Position numbers and translations under genes: made by a program | Notes under the pieces: model-generated | The model's input: only the letters and a program-made list of their open reading frames with translations | Database searches by the model: none | What the model was told of the DNA's origin: nothing | Shown here: in pieces, positions 12,533-24,379 of the stretch | Numbering within the stretch: the first letter of the stretch is position 1 | How the letters are laid out: each line of letters opens with the position of its first letter | NCBI GenBank assembly: GCA_030704615.1 | Contig: CM060731.1 | Location: 2,356,001-2,420,000 of the forward strand | From: Takakia lepidozioides | Lineage: Eukaryota; Plantae; Bryophyta | DNA: 64,000 nucleotides | Reading direction: 5' to 3'

Positions 12533-15500
12533 ATGCCGCGTGGAGAAGGGCGTGGCTCTCCTGAGAGAAACCCCACATCCAGACCGCGTCGCAAACTGAA
12601 GCCTTTGTACTATGGGCGGCAATGTGGCAATGCCGACTAGCCGAACGGCGACAAAGCGGCAACGCGCCTTCTGTACAGGTACATACGCGTTGCCTTTCTT
12701 TGATCCATGGCCATTGTAGTCCCTACATTTCCAGGATGTAAGTTGCCTTATGTGGCGCATGAAAATTAGTTGTGAAGCCCCTAGAAAAATGGCGCCGAAT
12801 TTCCTGTTTCCGGCCATGGGGCGGATAGCTAAGCCCCGGGGGTGGCTGGCACAGTCTGGAAATGTGGCACCATTTTTCCAGTTCCGGGCCCAGTCAGTTT
12901 TGGGACTTAGCCATTTTCGGACTCTGTACTGGAAAAATGGCGCCATTTTTCCAGTACAGGGTCCGAAAATGGCTAAGTCCCCTGGGCGGATGGCACATAT
13001 TCTGGAAATTTGGCGCCATTTTTCCAGTTCCAGGCCCAGTCATTTCTGGGACTTCGCCATTTTTGGACCCTGTACTGGAAAAATGGCGCCATATTTCCAG
13101 TACAGGGTCCGAAAAATGGCTAAATGGCACAAATTCTGGAAAAAGGCCAGTGGAAGCACTGGAAAATGCAAAAAAATGGCACATATTTCTTGGCCCAGTC
13201 ATTTCTGGGATTAGCCATTTCCGGACCCTGTACTGGAAAAATGGCGCCATTTTTCCAGTACAGGGTCCGAAAATGACTAAGTCCCTGGGGCGGAGGGCAC
13301 ATATTCTGGAAATTCAGCGCCATTTTTCCAGTTCCGGGCCCAGTTAGATCTGGGACTTAGCCATTTTCGGACCCAGCGTGGAAAAATGGATGTGATTCTG
13401 TCTGTGTTTTTTGAATGCAGGTACTGTAAGTTCTCCCCTGTTGGAGAAAGGTCATATGTCCTTCGAGCCGCCATTCTTCCTCGCATGGAGGAACCCTGAG
13501 CTGACTCCATGTACACTGACATTATCGTGAAGGAGTGGCATCTGGAGCATTTGCGTGACTGCCCTTGGTATGTGGACCTTCCGCCCGGCTTGCTCGATTC
13601 ATCCGAGTTCCAATTGAAGCTGGATGCGGAGGCCCCACGAAACCGGGCTCCGCTGCCTCCGCTGGGTCCAAAGGAGGCGAAAGCACTTGCCAAGTCCATG
13701 AAAGCGGCAGAGCTTGCTCAGGCAGGTATTCAGGAGAAATTGAATGAGAAGAATAAAGGACAAATGAAAAGGACACGGAAACAGGGGAATAAAGTAACCC
13801 CCAAAAAACAGAAAACCACTGGGGCACCAGAGGAGGCGCAGGAGGGGCCCCAAGGGAGTGACTCCGACGACGACTTTGTGCAAGGTCCTGCGACTGTTGC
13901 TGCTGCTACCAAGTCACCGGTCGTCCGGGTTCCCAAGTCAGTTCGGACTGGGACTGGCTCTGCCAAGAAGTTGGCATTTGAGGGCGAGCCTACACGGCGG
14001 TATTCGGCGGTGACGTTTTCCGCAGAGGCCAAAGCTAGAATCCCCAACTATCATCCAATGCGTCAATGAGAGCTTCCTTGACGCTCTGGCTGCCAGGGCA
14101 AAGAAGGTGGCACACAGCAAGTCTCTGGAGGAGCTGAAGGGGAAAGCCAAGAAGAGGGCTGCTGCTACAGAGCCTAAAGACACCCCTGGTTTGGAAGCCA
14201 TGATGGAATTCTTCACGGCTATGAGCACGGATTGCAAGAGCACTCGGGGGGGGGGGGTTGAGGTGGAGAGAGCCTGCGATATGATTCTCCTTGATATTCC
14301 AGATGGGGACCTGCTGGAGGCCTGGATGGTGTGCCCACCTGGAACAGGTTTACGGAGGACTACTGGAGAGCCGGGTTTTGGGCTGGTGGGGATGCTCCTG
14401 GATGACGGTGGATGTATGGTGGTCCTTGCCACAAGAGGGAAGACCACAGAGAATGTTGTGGCAAGGTGGACACCAAAAAATGTCACCCCGGTCCTCCTCA
14501 AAAAATGGTTCTGCATCAATACGCAGGGGTTGCAAACAGAGGGCCAGAGTGTAAGTTATCAATCTATTGCATTCACTTCATATTGTGGTGTATCTAAACT
14601 AGACCCTGGAGTGGATCCCTCTTTTGTTGGATGTGCAGACATTGGTGTTTGAGGCATATTGTTTTGTGAAGAGAGGGTCTACGTCAAATTCCGCAATGAT
14701 GGTCGTCTTGTTGATGCCGCTGTGGACACTGTTACCTACGATGTCCTCTACAACTATGTGCCCCAATCTAGTATGCCGAAGGACACAAAGACAGGCAAAC
14801 CGTGGCTGTACAGCCGGACCCGAAGCCCTGCTTTCATCCAAACCCTCATGGAGACGTGCTCGAATGTCCAAGGGCGGATTCTTGACCTCACATGCGGCAC
14901 GGGTAAGCCTTCACGTGCACATTTTGTCCCCTGGCCCGACTGCAATTGCATGCCGCATGCTACTAACCACCCGCTTTGTCCCTCAGGTGCTTCAATGTAG
15001 GCAGGGATGTTGTCCGACAGGCATGTCTTCGCCTTTGAGCCAGATACTGCCCTCCACAACTCTGAACTTGCAGCGGCTGAACGTCTGCCAAAAGAGGAAG
15101 AGCCATCCTTGGAGGATGAGGAAGAATCCGAGAAGGAGGTGGGGGAGGTACAAGTTGGGATCAAGGCCGAGGAGCCCCTGGTTTACGAGTGAGTGGTCGC
15201 ATTGTAAGTTGCCTCCTGATTTCGTGAGGCACCTCCCTTCGCTCTCTTATTTCATTGAAAGACCATTTTTGGCTTCTGCTGGTATTGACATTCTTAAAGT
15301 GGATTTGTTCAACCTGCAGGATGCCAAGTACTGCAGGAGTTACGTCTACACCGCAGTTCATGGGCAGGAGGAACGTGCCTTTTTTTGCCAGGGGGGATTT
15401 CATGTCGAGTCCAGAAAGGGACTACATCCTTCCTACTTATGTTGCCCGGCTTGCTTCGGTGTCCATTAGGAGGTCTTCCAAACCTAGTCGTGTACAGCAG

Positions 15501-15771
15501 ATTTTAGACGAGGCAAGCCTCAAGAAAGTGAAGATGAGGGAGGAGGCAACAGCTATTAGAGCCCGTCAGGCTCGTAGATTTGTCTTGGATTCTGCTGAGG
15601 AAAGTGGGGGAGAAGAGGCAGAAGATTCCTAGGAGGCGAGGTGGACAGTCCCCCAAAGAGAGGACGGAATTTTTGAGAGGCATAGTGGAACTGATGCATC
15701 ACAGAGCTCGGAGGATGGGGGGGATGAGAGGGATGAGGAGGAAGGTGGGGCAAGTTCCTCGAAGGGTGTAA
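12533..15771 (+). pseudogene. Intron-containing ParB-MTase-like gene, copy A (ParB segment deleted; beta-class amino-MTase-like domain at about 14275-15060)
   Basis: Putative ATG at 12533 (MPRGEGRGSPERNP). GT-AG introns at 12679-13420, 14551-14638, 14903-14986 (TACTAAC branch point) and 15189-15319 all join in frame. Motifs DMILLDIPDG...LLDDGGCMVVL...FEAYCFVK...ILDLTCGTGAS...RHVFAFEPD. Frameshifts and stops present. Confidence 0.75.
12780..13390. repeat. Array 3: intronic nested palindromes
   Basis: CTGGAAAAATGGCGCCATTTTTCCAG repeated; 80-bp near-perfect palindrome at 12902-12981. Confidence 0.9.
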
Positions 15772-16011
15772 GAGAGTAGTGCCCATTCCGGCTATGACAG
15801 TTAGGACACACTTGTATAGATGTGGCTTGCCACAAAATTTGCAATAAAATGTTGCATTTCATTGCTATGACGAGTCCACTGGTGCCACATTCCAACTTCA
15901 CATGACCCTATTTCCGTGCCTCCTAACCCTATTTCCGTGGACACACAATGGTCCGCTCATGTTTTTTTTTTTTCCGCTCATGCTCATGTCGCTCATGAAA
16001 TAGCAGCCCCC

Positions 16012-18138
16012 TGCAGAGAGAAGGAGAGAATCAACAGCCAGAAGGAGGCAACCAACCATATACCAACGAAGCAACACCCATGGAAATTAGCCATGGTAAC
16101 ACTGAAATCCAGCAAACAGCACACACAGAGGCCACACAACCAGAAACAGAGGAGGGAGACATAGTGGAGCAACAACAACAGATGGTGCAAGAGGCACAGA
16201 ATCACCAGCAACAAGACAGTAATTCCAATTTGGAATTACTACTAGCACAACAGGTTCTGGATACAACAGCATGGGACACAGGGTTGGAAGAAACGCCACA
16301 GAATGTAATTTTGCAGGCAATACAAGCATTGGGTCAAGTGACAGCTTGTATGGATAGGGCTGATGATTACATCAGCCTGGAGAACCTTAGCATGATCTTA
16401 GACCACATCAAAGAGAAACACCTGAGGGAATTGGCGACAGCAAGAACAGTATGTAACCACGAGGTTACAATCGCAACGTTAGAAGATCAAAAGACGACCT
16501 TACTTCGCCAATACAACACTTTGACACAACGCATAGATGAGTGGGAGCAGAAGTGGGAAAGACAGAGAGAGAAAACACGCCATGTCCAAGCCGATCTCGA
16601 TGCAGAGCAAGAGCAATCTCGGAAAACATAGACAGAGGTGGAAACACTCACAGGACAGATGCAGACGCTTAAGCAGCAGGTGCAGACACTCAAAGGGCAG
16701 CTAAAGACTGCAAAAGATCAGCGAAACAAGTGGCTCACATGCAACACTGCACTGCTGAGGGAAAGGGAAAGTGCTGAAAGCAGGCTGTTTACAGCCACCA
16801 CAGAAAAAGATATTGTCATGGGCAATGAACAAGAATGGAAACAGTAGCTGGAAAAGCTGACACTGCAAGCAGGGCTGGACGCAGCAGACGCAGCCTTGGC
16901 CAGAGCCTGGTTGAATGAAGGGAGTGAACTGGAGATGAAGAAACTCAATAGGGCAATGGTGAGGCAGATGAAATGTCAATTGGCGAAGTTGGTGACAGAC
17001 ATTCACGAGGAATTCCTGCCACCAATTCCAGAACAAGATGAGCTCATGGACGAAGACGATCAAGAGGAGCAAGACCATGAACAAGAAGCACCGATACAAT
17101 CAACAACAACAACACCAGCACAAACACCACCAAGTCAACAGGCACTGGTACAGGCCACAACAGGGCCATCTACTCAAGAGGTAAATCCCGTAACACTACC
17201 AAGTGTACTGGTAGCATCAACTTCGGTAGCAGTGGATGATTTTCAAATCATGCCATGCAAGCAGGATGAGGAGTGGCTAAGGTATTCGGAGGAATACTTT
17301 AAAATGATGGTAGTCCCAGCCCACCAAATCCCAGAAATACTGGAGAAGGTCTTCAAAACCTTAACCCCCTGCAGATCATTGGGTCAATTGCATCTGCTCA
17401 ATCAAACTCTTATACCTCTGAGATACAGGATGAGGCCACTGGCTAGGGAAGAGACATGGTCAGGGGCAGAATTGGTTGAATTTTGGCGCCAGGCTCCCCT
17501 GGAATACAAGGAGCTGGTAGCTTACATGTGGGTAGTGGGGCAAGTGAAGATTAATACTACCCCGGCAGTAGACATTGTAATGGGCTGCCCAAGTGTTTAT
17601 ATTGGCAGTTACTTGTACCGGATGTTCGTGACAATGAGGGGAAGCTGGCAGCGCTATGAGAGTATTGAAAAAGATACTCACTGGGAATTACCCAAATTCT
17701 AGCCACCAGAGAGAGTCGCAGGCACTTCAGCATACATGAACAGACCACTATATGCTGAAGCATGGCGCCAAGTGAAAAGACCACTTTTCACCATTGGTCT
17801 TGGACAGAGACCACCCTTTCAGAGAAACAGGGATCCAAGTTGTTAAATGGTTAATGGGCAGCAAGGCGACTAAACACATTATACCCTGGACCAAGGAGGA
17901 GCTGCAAACCTACCGAGAAACCTTGACCACCAAAATCGACATGGTACGTGGGGACGGAGTAGCAGAACACCCTGATGACGAAAGCTGGCCCATTCATGAA
18001 CCAGAGGAGCAACCAGACAGTGACGACAACAGGAACAAGAAGCTGCTACCACGACAAACCTGGGACGCACTTCCTACCCCGCAGACAGGCATGCCACCAC
18101 CCTACATCCCCAAGAGCTACAGCAAGCACAGGAACTGA
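16012..18138 (+). pseudogene. Extra coiled-coil ORF in the 3' region of a Gypsy element
   Basis: ORFs starting at 16080, 16638 and 16896 share one frame and are separated by TAG stops. Q/E/L-rich heptads; ends just before the PPT and LTR. Confidence 0.65.
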
Positions 18139-18161
18139 CGAAATTGTGCGGACACAATTTC

Positions 18162-18183
18162 AAAAAGGGGGGGGGGGGATAAA
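18162..18183 (+). other. Polypurine tract
   Basis: AAAAAGGGGGGGGGGGGATAAA directly precedes the TG that starts the LTR. Confidence 0.85.
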
Positions 18184-18955
18184 TGATAACGGCTATACTA
18201 CGAGCGCCAGACAGCGAGGGTCACAACGGGACATACCGGGTGGTGATTGGTGTACACTACCTGGTCACGGGCAAAAAAAGCTAAGTACGCGGTACTTAGC
18301 AAATGGCGGAACAAGGGTACATTACCATGGGAGCAGTAGTGGGTAGTATAGTGACCGTGGGCCGTGAACCACGATATCACACGGCCACGTTAGCATTGGC
18401 TTTAACCAATAGAGGGAGTAGTGGACCATTTACCACTTTGGCTCACGACCATTACAACGAGCCACTTTTTTAGCAAACCTTTTAGGTTGCGTAGGCAGTT
18501 AGGCAAACGGTCATTAACGACCGCAAGCTGTAACGGCTCTTTCAAGCATAGTATAAAAAGGTTGCATGCAACTTAGAAGGAGAGCAATATGAGTATGAGT
18601 ATCAGTGATCAATGTGTATTCAGTATGTACTTCTGTGATGATGTGACGAACTCTAAAGTAAAGCCATGCTATTCAAAGTATCTCTATGTAGAGTGAATGT
18701 GAGATGGAGAGAATGTGCATTATGAGAGAACGTGAGATGGTGAGAATGTGTATCATCTCAGAATAGTTCTTGTTTTGTCTTGACTACCATCTGCTTGTAT
18801 GAACAAAGATGCTTCAGTCCTTTCGACTAAGATCTGTTATGCCAAAGAGACTGTAGATTGGGCTTAATCAATATGATTAAGCAGCCTGTAGGGATATGGC
18901 TTCATACGACGTTCATGGTTTAACTATCCTTAAAACGATTACTTCGTAATCGTTT
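18184..18955 (+). mobile_element. 3' LTR of a Gypsy element (right end approximate)
   Basis: Starts TGATAAC after the PPT and matches 1-550 in reverse; TATAAAA near 18552. Confidence 0.8.
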
Positions 18956-18959
18956 ATGA

Positions 18960-19985
18960 AAGCATACCACGACCGTCCTACAATTTGCATGGGCCCCCGC
19001 TTTTATAATATCCACGCCCAATTTGGCCGATTCATAGGCCTAATCCCTAACAACCGTTTAAAATGGTTACGGGGAAAATATTCCACCATGCACACCCACT
19101 TGATCACCCTACAACCCCCCAAACAAGACTTCACTACCGAAACTATATGGCTAATAGAGCGATGGGACATGTGAGGGGGTTGGAGTAGTATGAATGGGTG
19201 AGTTGGAATGAATTAATAATTAGTGTGAGAATGTATGGGGGAAGGGTGCTGTGAGCACATGCTTGTGCGAGCCGATTGGGGGAGCAGGGTTTCTTTGGGG
19301 GTGTGACTTTGAGCCCACACCATAGAGACCGCATCTTCGGGGCCACAGGCACCGCTACACAACGTACTTGGTCTGACAGAGGCCTAGCTCACCCTCCCCC
19401 CGGATCTCCGACCCATGAGGCCCTCCAATGGGCATGATTAGCAGCCCATGCATCCCCACATGCCCTCACAATACTTATACTCACTCAACAAAAAACTCCC
19501 GACGACTCCCATCCCTTCTTACGCCTCCCCAGTACTGGGGTCCATCTGCTAGCCACCATTGAACCAGACCAACTCAAATACACACATACCCCCCCTCTCC
19601 CCAAATACCTCCAGCAAAAAGAACCATCCTAACCCTTATCCTACTTGCCCAACAACACCCCCCCCCCCCCCCCCCCCCCCCCCCCGATAAATACTCCCCC
19701 CTCCTTCCTCAAAAATCTTCACAAACTACTCACACAAACCCACAAGATGACAGCCACCGTCGCCTCCCCATCCCTAATTACCTTACCCACACCCAACCAT
19801 AAAAGCACCCCCCATCCTCTCCTCAATATCAAACCTAATAAGACGTGGCTACAAGCGACACCGTGCCCACCGCACAACATCCCTAACACGGCCCCACCCA
19901 ATATACCCGAGCAATACCAACAAACTATCCCCCTTAGATTTCCCCCTTCCCACTCTCACTACATGGATGGATCCCTTGAATACAA
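18960..19985. mobile_element. Scrambled LINE fragments, including a possible RNase H start
   Basis: C/A-skewed, P/T/H-rich composition like the other LINE pieces; SHYMDGS near 19960. Confidence 0.4.
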
Positions 19986-19989
19986 TCCA

Positions 19990-22130
19990 ATGCAGGATAT
20001 GGCGTGTATCACGCAGACTATGATGATTCCATGCTAGTAATCCAATTGAGAATTGCGAGCACAGACCTGACTGATGTACTGATAGATGGAGGCTCAGGTG
20101 TGAATATCATGACAGACCAATTGAGGCAGAAACTTGGTCTGAGTAACATGAAACCAGCCCCATTCACAGGAACAATGGCAGATCAAAGAAGTGTATAGCC
20201 ATTGGGCTTGATAAGAGGAGTGAGAATACAGATTCAGAAGTTGGTCTTTAAGATCATTGTGACTGTATTGAAAATGGATGATGTCATGGAAGCTTATTCC
20301 TTACTGTTATGACGACCATGGCTGAAACAGGCCAAGGTATTCCATGACTGGAATACTCAGATTCTAACTGTGCGCAAGGATAAGCACAAAATACAAATTT
20401 CAACTAAGAAATCAGGTAGACTATCTGCTACCAGGAGACCTCGTGGAGTCAGGGAGTATGACTGGAGGGGAGGACTTGATGAAGAGCAGGAGGCTACTCT
20501 GTTTGCTACACACCCAGAGTGGGAGCAGGTTGCAGAAATGCAACTGGGAGGACTAAGTTGTTTCAAAGGTATATGTTGTGGTGCAGTAACAGCAACACCA
20601 ATTGAGGGGGAAACAAATAGTTACCCACCACATTTCTATGAAGAAAGAGAGGGAGAAATAGAAATCCTAGAGGAACCAGCCACTGTGAGTTTGCAAGATG
20701 AAATAGTGGCTGGATTGACAATCACAGCTGAAGAGCAGGTGAGAGAAGTGAATGTGGGAACTGAGGAAGAACCAAGAATGGTTAAAATAGGAGCAGACTT
20801 GGAACCTGAATTCTTTGAGGAAGCCAAGAGTTTGTTCATAAAATACAAGGATGTATTTGCATGGAGTTATGAAGACTTGAAGGGGATACCACCTGAGATT
20901 TGCCAACATAAGATTGAGTTGGAACCTGATTCTGTATCAGTTAAGCAAGCACAGTACAGAATGAATCCTAATTATGGACAGAAGGTGGAGAGGAGTTTTT
21001 GACTAAGTTCATATACCCAATAGAGTACACAACATGGCTATCACCTATTGTGATAGTACCAAAGAAGAATGACAAACTGAGAGTTTCTGTTAACTACAAG
21101 AAACTGAATGACTGCACAAAGAAGGATCCATTTCCTTTGCCATTTACAGAAGCTGTACTAGATACTAAAGCAGGCCATGAGATGTACTCATTCATGGATG
21201 GCTTCAGTGGGTATAATTAAGTACAAGTAGCTGAAGAAGACCAGGGAAAGACTGCTTTCATCACAGACTGGGGTGCTTATGCATACAAAGTCATGCCTTT
21301 TGGACTTTGTAATGCACCAGCAACTTTCCAGAGAGTGATCAGTGAATCTTTTCATGAGTACTTGGTTCTTAGATAACTTCAGTGTTTATAGCTCTAAGAA
21401 TGAGCACTTGCAGAAATTGGAATTATGTTGGTCAGATGCAGGATGAGACGTCTTGGGCTGAATCCAGAAAAAATGTACTTTCTGTGTGAACTCAAGAGTT
21501 CTTTTGGGACACATTGTGTGTCAGAAAGGGCTGCTTGTAGATCCTAGAAAGATTGTCAGACGATATGCACAAAAGACAGCACCATTGAGCAAGCTCTTGA
21601 AGAAGGATGCAGGGTTTGCGTGGACAGCTGAGTGCCAACACGCATTCGAGGAACTTACATTGTCAATAACATCTACACCTGTGCTGATTAACCCACATTG
21701 GCATATGATATTTCATGTACACTGTGATGGCTCTGGAGAAGCATTGGGAGCTGTGTTACCCCAAATGTCATAGGAAACATAGATTCACCGGTGTATTATG
21801 CTAGCAGACTGTTGAACAGTGCTGAAATGAACTATAGCACCACCGAAAGAGAAGCTTTGACAATGATTTATTCGGTCAAGAAGTTCAGGCATTATTTGCT
21901 GGGAAGGAAATTTATGTTCTATGTGGATCACCAAGCTCTGATCTATTTGGTGAACAAGCCTTTGATAAGTGGAAGGATAGCAAGATGGCTGATTATACTG
22001 CGTGAGTTTGAATTCGAAGTTGTTTACAAACCTGGACGTTTGCATCTTGTGGCAGATCACTTGTCACGCCTTTCAACAGGAGAGCCCGCCACAGGAGTAG
22101 ACGATCAACTGTCTGATGCAAGTTTATTTG
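19990..22130 (+). pseudogene. Gypsy protease-RT-RNase H fragment
   Basis: LIDGGSGVNIM, DVFAWSYEDLKGI, WLSPIVIVPKKN, YSFMDGFSGYN, MPFGL and YASRLLNSAEMNYSTTERE. Confidence 0.92.
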
Positions 22131-22164
22131 TTCATTGGAGAGGTAAATAGTTTAAAGAAAATAG

Positions 22165-23166
22165 TAATAATAAAGTCGGGTTTAAAGTCGTTAACGATGG
22201 GAGGGAAATAAAACAAAAAAACTATTAGTCGCGCCGACTTATCTTCAACTATGAACACAAAATAACAGTTTGGATTTAAAGTCGGCACCGACTTTAACGT
22301 TGGGAGGGAAAAAAAAACAAAAAAAACTATTAGTTGGCGCCGACTTATCTTCAACTATGAACACAAAATAACAGTTTGGATTTAAAGTCGGCACCGACTT
22401 TAACGATGGGAAGGAAATAAAACAAAAAAAAAACTATTAGTCGGCGCCGACTTATCTTCGACTATGATCACAAAAAATCAGTTTGTCGGCACCGACTTTA
22501 ACCAAGGGAGCCAAAAATAATAAATAAATAAATAAATTAAAAACAATTATTTAAAAAAAAAAAAAAAACTATTAGTCGGCGCCGACTTATCCTCGATTAT
22601 GAACACTAAAAATCAGCTCGGGTTTAAAGTCGGCACTGACTATAACCAAAGGAGCGGGAAAAAAAAAACAAAACTATTAGTCGGCGCCGACTTATCCTTG
22701 ATTATGAACCCCAAAAATCAGCTTAGGTTTAAAGTCCATACCGACTTTAACCAAAGGCGCCAAAAAAATAATTAATAAATTAATAAAAACTATTAGTTGG
22801 CGCCGACTTATCCTCAATTATGAACTGGAAAAATCAGCTTGGGTCTAAAGTCGGCACCGACTTCTAACCAAAGGAGCAAAGAAAAAAGTAAAAAATAAAA
22901 AACTAGTAGTCGGCGCCGACTTATCCTCGATTATGAACACAAAAAACCAGCTTGGGTTTAAAGTCAGCACCGACTTTAACGATGGGAACTTTATACCCAG
23001 CATGAGCAAAAATATTCATGAGCAAAGATAAAAACAACATTATTTGGATGAAATATAGTATTTGCTCTAGAATCTTGATTTAGTCGGGCCGACTTATAGG
23101 TTTTTCTTTCAAAAAAAAGGAAAAACTTATTTTTTGTCAAACTTGAATAATTCGGCGCTGATTTAT

Positions 23167-23203
<37 letters not shown>

Positions 23204-24105
23204 CGGTTTTATTTTCTCCCATCGTTAAAGTCGGTGCCGACTTTAAACCCACATTGATTTTTTGTGTTCATAATCGAAGATAAGTCGGCGCCGACTTATA
23301 GTTTTTTTGTTTTGTTTTTTGTTTTTTTTCTCCCATCGTTAAAGTCGGTGCCGACTTTAAACCCACACTGATTTTTTCTGTTCATAGTCGAAGATAAGAC
23401 GGTGCCGACTTATAGGTTTTTTTCTTTCTTTCTTTCTTTCTTTCTTTCTTTCCCTCCTTTAACCCAAACTGATTTGTATATTCCTAGTCGAATATAAGTC
23501 GGCACAGACTTCTAATTTATTTAGTTTAATATTTTGTTTTTGCTTTTGATGAACTTAACCCAAACTGATTTTTTGTGTTAATCGGAGATAAGTCTGCACC
23601 ATTGTTGGTCTGGTATGAGGTTTAGGACATACCAGACTGGTCCTGGTACCAGCCCCGTCACAAAACTTTCATACCAATCTGCTCTATATAATGGTGGATG
23701 TATTTTTTCCAGATAGTGGTATGAATATGAGTATCATGACCACAATACCAGCTGGTATGAGATATCAATTCTGGTATCATTCCAAAGCCATTTGACTTAC
23801 AAGTTTATCAAATATCAAGTGAAAACAAATATAATAAATATAAAGTAAATATAAATAAGTACATGTATGTACACATAAACTAGTATAGTACACATACCAG
23901 AGTAAATGAGGAAGATGACCGGGGGTACTCCAGTATTGTAGCTGGTATGAAAAAACGGATACTAGCCTGGTCTGGTATATGACCTGGTATTGTAGAACTT
24001 AAGACCAGGCTGGTGTTGTCCCTGATACCAGGGTTGATACCAGCGTTAATACTCGGGTCTGATACCCATACCAGACCAACAATGGTCGGCACCGACTTAT
24101 AATTT
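22165..24105. repeat. Fold-back array of about 120-bp units, each with two AGTCGGCRCCGACT palindromes
   Basis: About 7 direct units at 22165-22985, then inverted units at 23085-23600 and 24085-24105. Confidence 0.9.
23600..24084. mobile_element. hAT-type MITE (485 bp)
   Basis: 18-bp TIRs CATTGTTGGTCTGGTATG / CATACCAGACCAACAATG; 8-bp TSD GTCTGCAC / GTCGGCAC (one mismatch); many internal ATACCAG motifs. Confidence 0.85.
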
Positions 24106-24379
24106 GCTTATTTCAATGAGTCTAAGATTAATATTGTGTCCACTATCAGCTATGTAGTTGGTTCTGAGTCTAGAATTGCAGCGGCAAACTTGCATTTTGT
24201 TAGTATCATCAATCAGTCCGCTTGGTCTGGTAGTATCCTCAATCAGTCCGCTGGTCCACAACTCGTAAAAGAACTAGGTATGCTTTTTATTTGTGTAAGT
24301 CAAATACATTGTCTCCGTAGGCCACTAATCTGCGTCATCATGGACACTGAGCTTCTCTGTCTGGCCTATCTATATGGTC

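Larger units (their letters stand above)
6390..16011. mobile_element. Mutator-like DNA element, copy A (left-truncated, internally deleted)
   Basis: Colinear inverted homology with 53553-61710. Contains a transposase fragment, three palindrome arrays and the MTase-like gene. Ends in a GCTCATG-rich, C-run terminus at about 16011. Confidence 0.75.

Noticed and set aside
12533-15771. Bacterial contamination as the source of the MTase and ParB motifs
   Set aside because: The gene has in-phase spliceosomal introns and is embedded among plant retroelements in two copies.
1-18735. Giant terminal inverted repeat (1-550 versus 18184-18735)
   Set aside because: These are two LTRs of one family in opposite orientation, and one has a PPT.
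22165-23600. CRISPR or attC-like array
   Set aside because: The inter-palindrome sequence is itself repeated with poly-A variation, and no integrase or cas gene is present.
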